A DNA stretch of 63,412 nucleotides, filler included, from Diploschistes diacapsis (Eukaryota), in NCBI GenBank assembly GCA_023645945.1. It is 24 parts of 24 records of this genome, joined end to end, with 100 filler letters (N's around TTAATTAATTAA, not from the genome) between each part and the next. Parts side by side here need not be neighbours in the genome. Positions count along the whole stretch, not along the records: positions 2,370 to 21,036 come from JALAIB010000403.1; positions 21,137 to 22,220 come from JALAIB010004030.1; positions 22,321 to 23,404 come from JALAIB010004031.1; positions 23,505 to 24,588 come from JALAIB010004032.1; 20 more parts are not named here. One strand, given 5' to 3'. Both the position numbers and the translations under genes were made by a program. The notes under the pieces are model-generated. The model was not told the origin of the DNA, searched no databases, and was given only the letters and a program-made list of their open reading frames with translations. Positions 12,406-24,588 of this stretch are shown piece by piece (position 1 is the stretch's first letter; every line of letters starts with the position of its first letter).

Positions 12406-13038
12406 GAGCGGTTTACAATATAATATGGAGGTTTAGGAACTTCGAAACAAGCTTCAAGAGGTGTGACCTGGAAAACGCGGAAACACGTGGCAGCTTATAT
12501 GAGTTGACTGACACTTGATTCAAAAAAAATTGAGGTTTTTGCCCTAACGGCAAGTAGAAACCGGCCGAGTTCTTTTTGCTTGTCTGGCAAGCTATCACTC
12601 AGCGGCCCGAGCATCATTAACCGCATGTATAATGCATGTAGAGAGGAACTCTCGATTCTTTAAGCCCATATTTATTTTTGCTAATGTTGCTAGGCAGGTC
12701 AAGATACTCGACTTGATACCATATACGGGCTGGTAGAGTCTACTGGCATGAATTACCTCCCCTAAGCCACGACCGTATAACAAGGAGGTTCGCAAAGGGC
12801 ACGAGCAGTGTTGCCGAAACTCCTGAGCTCGCACTTCAGACGCACACCAGAGGACTGGCCAAGAAGCTGCGGAGAACTATCAATGGTTGTTTTCTGCTAT
12901 GTGAATTTCCAATCCTACATATACGCTCAATAAATACACGAATCGAAAGCTTATCGAAATACTGTGCCCAACCATCCGACCCATAGTTTCCCTCTTGCTT
13001 GACCGGCTACTAAATACCCTATACTTCCGCCTCATCAC

Positions 13039-13892
13039 TTACCCAGTCCAAGCAGCGAGGCCAGCAATAGTGTACGTCTTCACACCCCGGTTGGCACTGT
13101 TGTAAATATCGATGTCAACCTTCGGATCACTCATCGACTAAACGTCCGGGATTGCAGATAGGTACGAAGAAGAGGGAGCCTTAGTCCCGCCGCCCGTGAT
13201 GGTGATCTGCGCGCACTCCGGGTACCATTGGGCTTGGTTAGAGGTGTGGATGGCGAGCAGCTCATGGCGGAGGAGGTAGTTGCCGGCTGGTAAGCTAGAG
13301 GGGATGGCAGAGGCCCAGGAGGAGTTCTGGGTCACCATTTCGCCCATGCCCCAGGTGCCGGTGGTAAGATCACCGCTCAGAAGGCCGGACTGGTCGATCT
13401 TGGACTGTTAAAACTGTTAAAGGTTGTCAGCGTTTATGGCATTCTGGTTCCTTGTAGGAGTGGCAAGTGACATACCCAGACATTGCCGCTGCTGTCAAAG
13501 TCCGTGCAGTTGCCGTTCCAGGCGGCGAGCCACACCAGCAAGGGGCCTATTATATGTGGCTATGGGTTGTTCCAGCAGGCAGTGATTTTGGAGCCAGCGG
13601 CAACTTCGACGGTCAGGTCGAAGGCAGCACCGTTGGTGTTGCAGCGCATGCTAACCTCGGTAGGGTCAAGCTGCGGGTCGTGGTAGCGTTAGACTTCAGC
13701 CACCCTGTACATTCGATGGATTGACATACTGTATGTATCCCATTCCCATTGAAACGTGGCGAGCTGGCGGGAGGGGCTGTTGTAGGGGAGGAATCCTCTG
13801 TATCATTTACCGTTGATCTCGTACTCAAGTACACCGCCGTGGGCGGAGACCAGGGAGAGGAGAGGCACAGCGGCAGCGAGGGAGAATCTCAT
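13039..13892 (-). pseudogene. AA9 (GH61) lytic polysaccharide monooxygenase pseudogene
   Basis: Signal peptide MRFSLAAAVPLLSLVSA then His1 (HGGV), P-H-xx-GP second His, KIDQSGL, GNYLLRHELLAIH, QWYPECAQI. In-frame stops: TGA 13803-13805, TAG 13560-13562, TAG 13138-13140. The first intron lacks an in-frame AG acceptor. Confidence 0.88.
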
Positions 13893-15101
13893 GTTCGCTT
13901 GTGTGGACTGGTCAAGATTAAGGTATGCGAGCGTGGCGTTAAAAGGTTGAAAAGCGCAGGACTGCCAAGAGGAAAGAAGAAGGGAGAGGCACCATGATCT
14001 CTTATGTATTTGAACAAGGGCTAAGATACAGCTATTTGTCAGGAGCTACAGTATTCATCCCGTTCTAGTCAACACTTCTACATGTGGCGCTTATTTTGCC
14101 GGCGGCGAGGATATTGGATATGAAACCAGGAAGAAGAGGATGTCTGGATGCACGAAATATTCTACCACTATAGAGACCTATTCGTGCGAGCCGGCTAGAC
14201 GGAGTTATTCCCGATCTGTGGTTGGCAAAGCTTTAGGAAAAGGCCAGGCTTTTAACTATATGCCTGGAGACGAACTTCGCCATAGCGGTAAGCATAAAGG
14301 ATAGGAGAAGCTGCTGCATTCGAATACATCATATACGAGCAAAAATTGGTCGCACAAGTAAAGATATCTTTGAACTGCGACTTACCTGCAGTATCAACGG
14401 CTGTGCAGTCCTGACAGCTTGGCAATGGAGAAATAGCCGGCCAAATGTGTCAGACATATTGAGAATTATATTGAACAGACCGGATTGCTACAGCCGAACA
14501 CCCCATGAATTGAAACGAAGACCAGAAATGAATCATCCCCGAGTGATATAACATAATCCGGAGGTGCATAAACCAACAAAACATGACCAATATAGATCGC
14601 TGGCTCATAACAGATAGGATGACCGGAGCCATGTCGGAGGGAGAGACGTCTTTCAGAACCCCTTCGGATGAATAATGGTGTTTAAACCTTGGCCATCACT
14701 GAGATAAAAGTGCTTTGATTGACTACAGTGCGCCTCGGCCATGTCGGCAGTTGGCCTTCCCAAGATGCTCGCCTGATTCGAACAAACCACTGACCAGGAC
14801 TCGGAGTGATCCGCATGCATCCACAGTACTTTTAGACAAAAGCGCTATGGGCACTCATCAAGGTTTTCAACACAGGGCTAGTCCTTCTCTTTCGCTTCCT
14901 GAAGTTCTTTGATCAAGATGCCCTCCAAGCCATCGTTCTAGGAGTGCTCGGACGCTATCGCATATCACAGAATTCCGAGGACCTAATGCTTCCTAGATTG
15001 GCTTTACTGACCAGAAGCACGACGATTAAAGCCTAAATCATCAATGAGTCTCGTCGTGCGATTTGGTAAAATACGTTTAATTCACGAGACAATGAGCTGT
15101 A

Positions 15102-18100
15102 TTAGTAGGCTACGCGATTGCGAAGATCCTGGAATAGTTAGCGGGCAGATGCTGTGCGCGGTTTTCTAGCACTAACCGAAATCTTGCGCTCAATTTCTCG
15201 AACCTCTCTATCCAGTTCGCCAGCGATTATTTGCTTCTTGTCGTTGGGCAGGAGCATGTATCGCTCACACACTGGAGCGTCAGTAAGCGGAGCAAATGGA
15301 GCAACGTAAAGCCACTTACAGTCTCCGTCTATAACACCCTTAACTGGCACGTAGTAGCTTCTGTAGATTAAATGATCGCGTCCTGCCAAAGGGGGGTCTT
15401 CGCTCCTCAGGTGTTGCTCCAGCGTTTGGAAAAAGTCCACGTCTTCTCTGCTTACGAATGGCACAAGTACTCCCAAAGTACCTTGCAATCCAGTCCAAAA
15501 AAGCACATCACGTCCACCAGCAACGAGCTGAGTCTTTTGTATGGTTGTCGGAAGGTCCTGCGGGAAGTAATGACACATTAAGGAAAGCCTGTTTGGAGCT
15601 CCTTGAAGGTATTGTCGTTCATGTACAAGGTGAGCTCCAGAACCTTCTTCATCTGCCTCTTCAGAAACCTTCTGTGGGCATCGCAGAAGCCATAGATTGC
15701 CGAACTTGTCACCCCCTGCTACGGTTTCATAATCAACCATGGCCGTGCATGTAGTCCACCGAGGTATCATGTCGTCGACGAAAGGAATGAGAAGATTATC
15801 CTGCTGCTTGTATACGCAATACGTAACGCTCTCCTGGACGTCGCTGACAACAATTCGACTACCTTGGGTCTGCAAACCGACCACGAGGCTGGGCGTTACT
15901 TCAGCTTGACATTTCCGCAGCAACTGCCGCATTCCGAGATCATAGATTCTGACGGAATGCCCGATACCTGCGAGCAGCCTGCCTTGGAAGGGGAGCAAAG
16001 CCATCGGAGGCTCTTCGACCTTGGTTTGGTGGATGAATTCCAACTCTTTCCCGTCTTCCTGAAACCTGTACACGTATAAAAATGCGGCCGAGTGTGTTCT
16101 GGGACTGACAACCATATCTTTACCGGTGCCAACAACCAGGAAGGTCTCATCATCCTGACTTGCAAACGAAACTGCGGCAATGCTAACCGCAGCCTCATTC
16201 TCCTCAAGGTCAATCTTCTGAATTATCCCCTTGCTATTGACAGGATCGACAATCTGAACGCATGAAGCCCAATATCGCTCGCCTTTGGGATAGCCAAACT
16301 CATCTGGTGGTAGAACCTTACTGTCACCATTAACCAGCTGTTGAGTTTCGCCGTTTGTCAAGGTTCCCCCGTTGATCAGTTGCTGTCGGACGGACGGCGG
16401 TAGAACGTTGTTATCGGATTCTATAACGTAGAATAGAGGCTGTTCGGGATGGCGAACCATCTTTCTGGGAGTATGGGCTAGGGGTATCGACTGTTGCAGT
16501 AGGTTGTTGTCCAGTTTCTCCACGGAGAAGATCCTATAGCCGTGTCAGCTCACCTATCCAATGCCACAACACGGCGCAAAGTAACAGCTAAGGAGCTTCA
16601 GTAGGAACAATTGGAAATTTCTTATCTCTTCAGCACAAAGAGTTCGGTTGATAGTACCTTAGAGTATGGTCATCATGAAAAATATGTAGGGAAAAAGGCA
16701 ACAACCTACCGTAAGCTCTGACCGTGGATGCCCACCATCCCTTCCGCGCACTGTTCGCTACTAAAGTTCCAGGCCCACTCGAGACCAACAGTATCCAGTG
16801 GCGTAAGCATGAAAGCTTTGGTCTGCAAATCAGCGTAACCGAGCCATGGCCTTGAGCTGAGCGCTAAAACTGCAGCTTGACCTTTGACAGATACTCTGAA
16901 GAGCTTCGCAGGCTTATGACCGAGGAATCTTGTTCGGGTATCCGAAAGCTCTCCTGTAACCTCATCAAGTACGGTTCTCAAGTAGACACCAGAGTAGAGC
17001 CCAATATGCAGGTACAAAGTCGAGCCACCGGAGGTTGAGTCAGCCATGGACATGATAGACAGAGCACTGGGCGCAGAAGTCAAGGCCTGGACAGACTTGT
17101 TCTCAAGAGTCGAGTCTGGGTCCAGGCTCAATATTCGGACAGTAGAATCGTCACACCCGACCGCCAGAAACTGAGATCTTACTCGTCCTTCGGGCACTTC
17201 TCCCAAGCTCAGACAAGTAACCGTTCCGCTCATTTCCCGCTTTTCGTCGTACTCCGCCAACGAGCCGTCAACATCCATCTCGAAGTAGACGATTTCGCCA
17301 GAGCTGAGAGCAACTGCAACTTGGCGCTCATTTGTAGTAGCTGCGACGATTGTTCGATGCTGCGGTGCTGGCCATTCGTTGATCCTGCCGTTGGACTGGA
17401 TGTGTCTGATGCCTCGAGGGTAAATCTGGATTAAAGAATCCTCACCCAGTTGCTGCACAGCTAACGTTGGAGTGCCTGCTAAAAAGCCGGTGTCTGTTAC
17501 CTCTTCAACCGTCTCGCCGATGCTCAATACGAGGGTGCCGTTGCTGAATGAAAGAACTATGTAAGCGTCGAATTCGTCTCCTCGGGTTAGCTTGGTAGTC
17601 CACACCGCCGAGGGCACGCCCGGTAGCTCAGAGTCAACAATGTCATTTACTTCGAGACCGTGCTTTAGAGTTCGAAAGGTGCTTCGAGCACCAGTACCAC
17701 AAAGAGTGTATATCTGTGGCGCATCCTCATCTGTGAGGTTGGCAACTTTGCAGTCAAGTATGGGATTCATCGATTCGATGCTGTCAACTAAATTGACATT
17801 CTCAGCTCCTCGAGGATAGAAGTACACAGGCATGTACGGCTCGGTAGCGTCGGTCGGGAAAGCTTCCGAGTCGAATTCGGTTTCATTGTCGTCATCCCCA
17901 AGTTTTTCGAACTGATAGAAATGATGATTTCCAGTTTCGGCGGCAACAAACAAAAAACCGCTCTTTAGGATGCACAAGCTCGTGGCCACAGGCACAGTGT
18001 CAAAGTACTTGATCTTCAGTTTTTTGACTTCGCCCGTGGGCTGACCATTCTCATCTTCGACCATATCGATCGTGACCTTGAACAGATCGCCGTCTTCGCT

Positions 18101-19175
18101 TTGCAAGAGGAAGAAGAACGCCCCTCGCATCTTGTGCATGACGCCACAGACTATGGATCTCTTACGTTCCGGGTTTTCTGTTGCGCCTTTCCGTCTTGGT
18201 ATTGCTACTCTGAACGGATCTTGATTCGAGTGCCGGTACGTGATGTTGTCGATGCCGCAGACGAGGACGCCGCTTGGACCATCTACTCCACCGGGTACCT
18301 GGAACAGCATCGAGGCTGTTCGGTCCACGGGATCGCTCCATTTCCGTACGACATGGTTGAGACCAAGGTCAAGCTCATAGTAGACCAAGGACTTCTCCAA
18401 TTCTTCAAAGGCTTGTCCAGTAGGGTCTTGATCAGACTCGGTGTAGTCCACTTCGAGCGCAGCAAAGACGGGGTTCTCGTATCCGACGTCCAGTGCGGCC
18501 ATAGCAAAGACAAGAGTCTGCGGCTTGTGCGCCTCGAGCGGCGAGGAGATTGTAAGCTCTGCCTGGGCATTGCGGTTCAGGACGTAGACAAGCTTGTTCT
18601 TTTCCACAGACGCTATGAGGCATGCTCTTCCTTTCGGATCGACCACGAGATACTGACCCGGAATCACCCGACGGATGCCAGACTTGCCGAATGTCTCAAG
18701 ATGGAGTCGACTGAATTTGTTCGATGCTGGGGTGTACTCAAGGACCGTTATCCGGCCAGAATCTGAGCCAACGATAATGTAATCTGTCAGACTTTTCTCA
18801 GCAAAGCTCTTTCAACATGCCTCTCTTTGAACCAAAGCACAGCTGTCGCAGCATGTTTGTTACAACATGTAGGCTAATCCCGTGCTTCAAGAATCACTAA
18901 ATGTGGCTTCAAGCTTCATCGCAGAGCATACCTTTGTTGCTACCCGCCAGCCGAAAGGCTGCAAGTGTCCTGATGATGCCGAAGACATCGTGCGAAAGGA
19001 TAGTCGAGATCTTTCCCTGCTGTGGATCTGGACGGTGTATCGTCAGAAGTGAACCAGACGCTGTGACGATCTGCTGCTCTTTGGTGCCCGCGAACTGGCC
19101 TAGGATGGCTTGCGTAACAGAAGATGGGGGTTGGATGGTGAGCGCATACATGAACATGGACGAGGTGGTCGCCAT
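15102..19175 (-). CDS. RSE1: Pre-mRNA splicing factor RSE1 / SF3B3 (U2 snRNP), about 5 exons
   Basis: N-terminus [61 protein letters not shown]-terminus [27 protein letters not shown] introns. Confidence 0.97.
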
Positions 19176-19428
19176 GATAAGAAGCTGCAGCCCGAAGGCT
19201 TGCGATTACCGTATCCTCACTTCTTTCTGCAACAATAGCTAGAAATCTTGATGATTCTTTAGAGAGCACATAGTTGTCGGCGGGACAAAATTTCAAGCTC
19301 GAAAGGCCTTAAGCACGCACGCATTATGATTGGTCAGTTTTGCGGGTAAGCTCTTTGGAGTTTGTCCTTGGACCTCAACATCTACCAACAGTCTAACGAG
19401 GTATAACTGTTTTTCTGTTTCTTCAGCG
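19176..19428. promoter_or_regulatory. Short divergent (probably bidirectional) promoter region between RSE1 and MSS51
   Basis: Head-to-head start codons about 253 bp apart. Inferred from geometry only. Confidence 0.5.
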
Positions 19429-21033
19429 ATGCAGCTTACTTATACTTGTCTGCGTTGCCTGACAAGGCAGAGCCACCGGACCTTTAGTCGAGTGAATGCC
19501 TGCAATGGAGTCGCTGTAGCATCAAGAAGCCTGACGGCCGTCAACCCTCGACGAAGCCACCATGAGAGACAGGCCACATTCCATACACTAGCAGCACGAT
19601 CAAAACCAGCAGCACAAGCAGAGCGCGTGTTCGAAGACGTTGCTTACGAGCCACGCTCTCCCGCCGACGCCGAAGCTGCCGCCAACTCCACGCCGATCCT
19701 TGAACCAGATGACTTGTTCCACCCCTTCTCTTCGTCACCAACGCCCGAGATCCGCAAGCGCGCCGCCTTTATTAAGCACAACGCCTACTGCCCCCATCCC
19801 TCGCACCATCAAACGCGTATTGCAACCTCCCCTCTCGACCTGGAGTCCCGCAAAACGAGTTCCACTCTTCCTCCTCAGCATGTCTCCTTCGAGTGCCCCG
19901 ACTGCGGCATTCCCGTGTACTGCTCCGAGGGCCATTGGGCGGATGACTACGAGCAGCATCTCGAAATCTGCGGAACACTCCGGGAAATAAACGAAGATGA
20001 CCATGACCTGCATTCTGGCCGGCATTTCGCTGAATTTGAATATCCGGGCTCGCAATTGGAGGAAGCCCTGATCAATCTGACAAGTTGGGATACACTACTG
20101 TATACGCGGCAGTTTAGGGCGATTAGTGACATGCGTAACCTGAGACAGGCGACGAAGCTTCTCACCTATCCGACGACCATAGGCAGCATTCTTCATGAGC
20201 TGAGCCCCTACAACATCCGCCAAGGCGGGCGCCTAACAACCGAGGGGCTGAAAAGCCTGAGTGGTAAGCCCGCATGACTTCTCAGAGTAATTTCTCAATA
20301 CATTTTCTCTTGCTAAACTCTGTCCAAAGCGCTCCGTTACACCCTTCATCCCCCTCCCTCGGGCGCCGGCCCGGGCATCAAAGGCCTCCGCCCCTCATCC
20401 CCACCCTGCCGGATCTTCGTGCTCGGCGCCCGCGCCGAATCCTCCCTGCCGCGCGATGTCTGGAATCAGCTCTCGCACATGTTCTCGCGGGCCCTGCTGC
20501 ACGTCCTCCTCATCGGCCCCGAAGCCATGCGCGGCCGCGACGGCGAATTCCCGCTCCCCGCGCGCACGCCGCACAACCCGTGGGGCACCATCATCGAGGA
20601 CCGCTTCTCGTACGGCATGAAGATCTCGACCATTGTCGACTACTTCCACACGATCCACCGCACGGGCTACTTCGCGCCGTACGACCCCTACTTCGACGCT
20701 TTCGTCTTGTTTCACCCGGGCCTGGGCCATCCGGCGAGCAGCCACGAGTGGGAGGAGACGCTGCCGATGCTGCTGGAGACGAAGGTGCCGATCATCGCGA
20801 CGGGCTTCAACGAGTGGGACATGCAGCGGGACAGGGAGTGGGTGGCGGAGAAGTGCAGGGGGGAGTACGACGTGCTGCTGGAGCCGGGCGAGAACAGGTT
20901 CAGGAGCCTGAGGTGGGATCTGGACGACCGGGATCCGAGCGAGATCAGTGCCGGGAACTGGGGGGTTTGGGCGTTCAGAGGGAAGAGGTACGAGGCGCAG
21001 ACGAGGGGGGACGGCGTCATCGAGATGGGTTAG
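19429..21033 (+). CDS. MSS51: Mitochondrial Cox1 translational activator / splicing suppressor Mss51 (zf-MYND-like plus Mss51 domain), 2 exons
   Basis: HPFSSSP..IRKRAAFIK..AYCPHP, ECPDCGIPVYCSE.HW, INEDDHDL.SGR, TYPTTIGSILHELSPY, LGARAESSLP, FHPGLGHP, NWGVWAFRGKRYE. Intron at about 20264-20329. Confidence 0.92.
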
Positions 21034-21136
21034 AGGNNNNNNNNNNNNNNNNNNNNNNNNNNNNNNNNNNNNNNNNNNNNTTAATTAATTAANNNNNNNN
21101 NNNNNNNNNNNNNNNNNNNNNNNNNNNNNNNNNNNN

Positions 21137-21278
21137 AAGTAAAATAACCTTTAAGGCTTTTTATTCATTACGTGATCAATGTTACCATGATTAGACTCTA
21201 TACAAGGAATGGTTGGGAAGTGCCAGACTAGCTGTGGAGTGTCAAGTGGCTACCACCTAGTTACTTGGATCGTAACAC
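21137..21278 (-). mobile_element. 5' part of an LTR of family A (reverse orientation)
   Basis: The reverse complement starts TGTTACGATCC and aligns with 88-190. Confidence 0.7.
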
Positions 21279-21576
21279 TTCATCATCTTTAATACAATCA
21301 TTGAACATTAGTCAGCTACCAGGCTAGGCAGGCTAGTGATTATTTCCCAGCCAAGATTAGCTATAGAATATACGCTTAGTCATTTGTTTTATTAGGAACT
21401 TCCACCACGTTCAACAGTAAATAATTATAAAATATATTTATAAAGCATAAAAAGATGGTCATAAGGGCATCCCGATTTTTAAAGGCGCTTTTTCCACCAC
21501 GACGTTTTAATCGTAAAAAGTAACTTAAAAATCCTCTAAAATCTCTTTAAATTAAACGTAATTAATATATAAGTAT

Positions 21577-21792
21577 TGTTGAGCAGACAGGCAGAAGGCA
21601 TGGCTAGGAGTTCGACTGAGTTCCAGAAGGGGGTTCAGTTCAGCTGAACCTCCTGGAATTCTGACTAGACCGAATCGGGAAATAGTTTAGTCAGTAAGGC
21701 TTAGCGTATCCCACAAGGATTAAATTCTGCAAAGTAGGATAACCTCCTAGAAAGACCTCTAGACTTCAATATATCCATTACGTTGCTCAACA
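21577..21792. mobile_element. Solo LTR, family B (216 bp) with 5-bp target-site duplication
   Basis: Perfect terminal inverted repeat TGTTGAGCA...TGCTCAACA, flanked on both sides by AGTAT. Related copies at 22508-22746 (reverse), 26735-26954 (reverse) and 28568-28787. Confidence 0.88.
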
Positions 21793-21837
21793 AGTATCTT
21801 TAAATGAAGCGACGATTTATTTATAATTGACGTTTTT

Positions 21838-21997
21838 TGTAGTAGATGCGGAGTTGTGTATAGTATATTGAATGATTGTGATTGTGATGATGATCGCTAG
21901 CTAGGTGGGCCAGCGAGTACTATATAGCCATTATGGGCAGCGTCGTCATAGATGCTGTTGCAGCGACGTCAGCAGCGACGTCAGCTATACCACTACA
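21838..21997. mobile_element. Solo LTR, family C (about 160 bp) with 5-bp TSD
   Basis: TGTAGTAG...CACTACA flanked by TTTTT on both sides. Second copy at 25338-25492. Confidence 0.8.
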
Positions 21998-22066
21998 TTT
22001 TTACCGGATCACGATTTCCGCATCCGTTTATACGGTGAAATATATTTTCCTTAAAATTTTATATAT

Positions 22067-22220
22067 ACGTGTTTCACGGGGATTCAGGCCGCCCCCAGAT
22101 TTCGGCCACTTATGCCAAGAAATAGTTTAAATCTTTAATAATTCTTCGAAATTAATCGTTATTTTATTTTTTTTTTTCAAAATATTACTTTTCAATTAAT
22201 TTTCTATCATATATAAAAAG
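22067..22220. mobile_element. Fot1/pogo-type TIR end
   Basis: ACGTGTTTCACGGGGATTCAGGCCGCCCCCAGATTTCGGCCAC. Its continuation is the reverse complement of 57040-57123 and 58850-58944. Confidence 0.75.
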
Positions 22221-22507
22221 NNNNNNNNNNNNNNNNNNNNNNNNNNNNNNNNNNNNNNNNNNNNTTAATTAATTAANNNNNNNNNNNNNNNNNNNNNNNN
22301 NNNNNNNNNNNNNNNNNNNNTTATTAATAATATAACCGGACGATCGTTATCGATAACTAAATCCGTAATATCTCGCGCATTTAAGGTAATAGCGCCATTA
22401 AATGAAACCGATATCCCGATAACGGACATAACGGAAACTAAAAACGACGATCTTAGAAATAACGATAAATCTAATAAAAATAAATCGTATAAAAAATCTA
22501 TTATAAA

Positions 22508-22746
22508 TGTTTGGCAACGTAATGGATGTATTGAAGTCTAGAGGTCTTATCTACGAAGATATCCTACTGTGCAGACTTTTATACCCCACGGGATCCGCTA
22601 AGCCTTATTGCCCATATTACTCCCGATCGGTCTAGTTAGAATCCCAGGAGGTTCAGCTGAACTGAACCTTAGAGTTCAGCTAAACTAAACCTTTAACTAA
22701 AACTTAGTCGAATTCTCAACCATGCCTTTTACTTATCTGTTCAATA
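22508..22746. mobile_element. LTR family B copy (reverse orientation)
   Basis: Aligns to the reverse complement of 21577-21792. Confidence 0.75.
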
Positions 22747-22819
22747 TTTCCCCATAAATGGAATCGTCTGGCATGTCTATATAATCTAATTAAATATCTT
22801 TAAGAATAAATATCTCAGG

Positions 22820-23404
22820 TAGCATAACCGGGCGATTGCTATTAATAATTAAATCCGTACTACCTTAAACATTTAAAATAATAACGCCATTAAATGAAAC
22901 CGATATCCCGATAACGAACATTACGGAAGCTAGAAGCGACGATCTCGGAAATAACGATAAATCCAACGAAAATAAATCGTATAAAAAATTTATTATAAAA
23001 ATTATAAAATTAATAACGTTTTATAAAAACCGTAAGAAACTAAAACATTAAATACTTTAATTCTCAATATACTTCTATTAGAACCCGCATATTATAAACG
23101 ATCAAAAAAAACGAACCGTCTTCGCCGTAAGATTCATACGTAACCGCGTATTAATATAAATAAAACTTTATCTCGACGTATACTTAAAAAATTAAAAAAA
23201 TAATTATAGAATGTTTAAGAACTTTATAGGATTTAAAAAATAGATCCGATTAACCTTCGAAATAACTAACGATAGAAAATATATAATTCGAGTTATCAAA
23301 ATAGTTAGCCAAAAAAGCTCGGTTTCGGAATATATAACAAAATTTTAAGAATACGTCAGACTAATTAGGTAAAATAAGGAAACCTTAATAGAAATGTATA
23401 AGAA
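22820..23404 (+). mobile_element. RIP-degraded Ty3/gypsy gag fragment
   Basis: Reads TVFAVRFIRNRVLI*IKLYL..F..FKK*IRLTF..IRVIKIVSQKSSVSEYITKF*EY..ETLIEMYR, which is Retrotrans_gag-like. Homologue at 61943-62234. Confidence 0.7.
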
Positions 23405-23504
23405 NNNNNNNNNNNNNNNNNNNNNNNNNNNNNNNNNNNNNNNNNNNNTTAATTAATTAANNNNNNNNNNNNNNNNNNNNNNNNNNNNNNNNNNNNNNNN
23501 NNNN

Positions 23505-24017
23505 ACGTTAGATAAAATAATTTACCGACGATAACTAATATCTTATCGCTAATTTTAAAAACGCTTTTAAGATCTTACGGGCATTTTATCAATTGAATCT
23601 CGAAAAAATAAGATTCTCGTAATTAATAATACCCGGAAATAAATAATCTACGTTAATAAAAATTATAAACGAGAACGAATCTTTTGTAAGGGGTAGAATA
23701 CGACAATGTGGCAAGATGACTATACGCAGGGCAGGTTCATGCTAGGACTAATTATTAAAGAAGAGGAGAGAGTAAGAAGGACAAAATCCCCCTTCAAATA
23801 CCCGCAAGCCAAGATCCTGAGCGCCGCTTGTCCGACTTTTAGCATGCTTCTCGCTTAGTTTTATAATTATTTCTTTCTTTCTTACTCTGGTCCCCCAGAG
23901 CCACCCTTATGATCCTCTTTTTATTTATTGAAATAGATCAGATGGTTAACTCGATCTATATCGTTATTATTTCGATCCCTTGTATAAATCGAACTTATTC
24001 TCGTCTTTATATATATA
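23505..24017 (+). mobile_element. 3' end of an LTR retrotransposon (degenerate chromodomain-like tail, PPT, LTR family D)
   Basis: ..ANFKNAFKILRAFYQLNLEK tail and purine tract AAGGGGTAGAA near 23688. The following LTR-like sequence is homologous to the reverse complement of 57255-57350. Confidence 0.5.
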
Positions 24018-24220
24018 ACGTGTTTGACGGGGAACCGGGCCACCCCCAGAAGTGGGCCACCTCTCATTACAACTTTCATCTTTTTCTTCGATTTTTTCAA
24101 TAATGACTACCTCGCATCGTAATAATTCGATTCTAATAGAATTTAATATCAACAACTGTTTACAGGCCCTAAATTTTTAACAATATACCAACGTTCGAGA
24201 AGCTACCCGCGTATTTAAAG
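24018..24220 (+). mobile_element. 5' end of a Fot1/pogo transposon, interrupted by a TAGGCTGGCCGT element
   Basis: TA plus TIR ACGTGTTTGACGG..GGCCACC..GGCCACC, then MTTSHR..CLQALN..YTNVREATRVFK (HTH-psq-like N-terminus). Confidence 0.75.
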
Positions 24221-24588
24221 TAGGCTAGCCGTCACTGACACTGACACTGACAGTGTCAGTATCCGTGTTTTAGATTTTTTTGCTGCGGTGTCCGTGTCCG
24301 TGGATTCACGAAAATACAATATCCGTGTTAGTATCCGTGTTTTAGATTTTTTAATTACGGTGTCCGTGTCCGTGAATTCACGGAAATGCAATGTCCGTGT
24401 CAATATCCATATTTTAAAATTTTTAAGTGCGGTGTTCGTGTCCGTGTCCGTGTTTTTAAAAATAATTTTTAAAAAATGAAAGCGTAAGAAATAAACGTAA
24501 TAATTTTAAAAATATTAAAAAAAAAATGTTTTCGTACTTCTACTATAGTATAGTATCCGTGTTAATAAATTCACGGAAATATAATGTC
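24221..24588. mobile_element. Non-coding TIR element with ACACGGACAC arrays (family T), one end
   Basis: Starts TAGGCTAGCCGTCACTGACAC with repeated GTGTCCGTGT cores. Shares a unique core of about 90 bp with 30028-30503 in reverse orientation. Confidence 0.75.

Noticed and set aside
13791..13810. GTAAAT as an intron donor removing the first LPMO stop
   Set aside because: The downstream YRGFLPYNSP is conserved coding sequence, and the nearest AG would give a 13-nt intron.
13039..13892. Alternative genetic code (stop-codon reassignment) to explain the LPMO stops
   Set aside because: Neighbouring long genes have no internal stops and use TGA, TAG and TAA as normal terminators.
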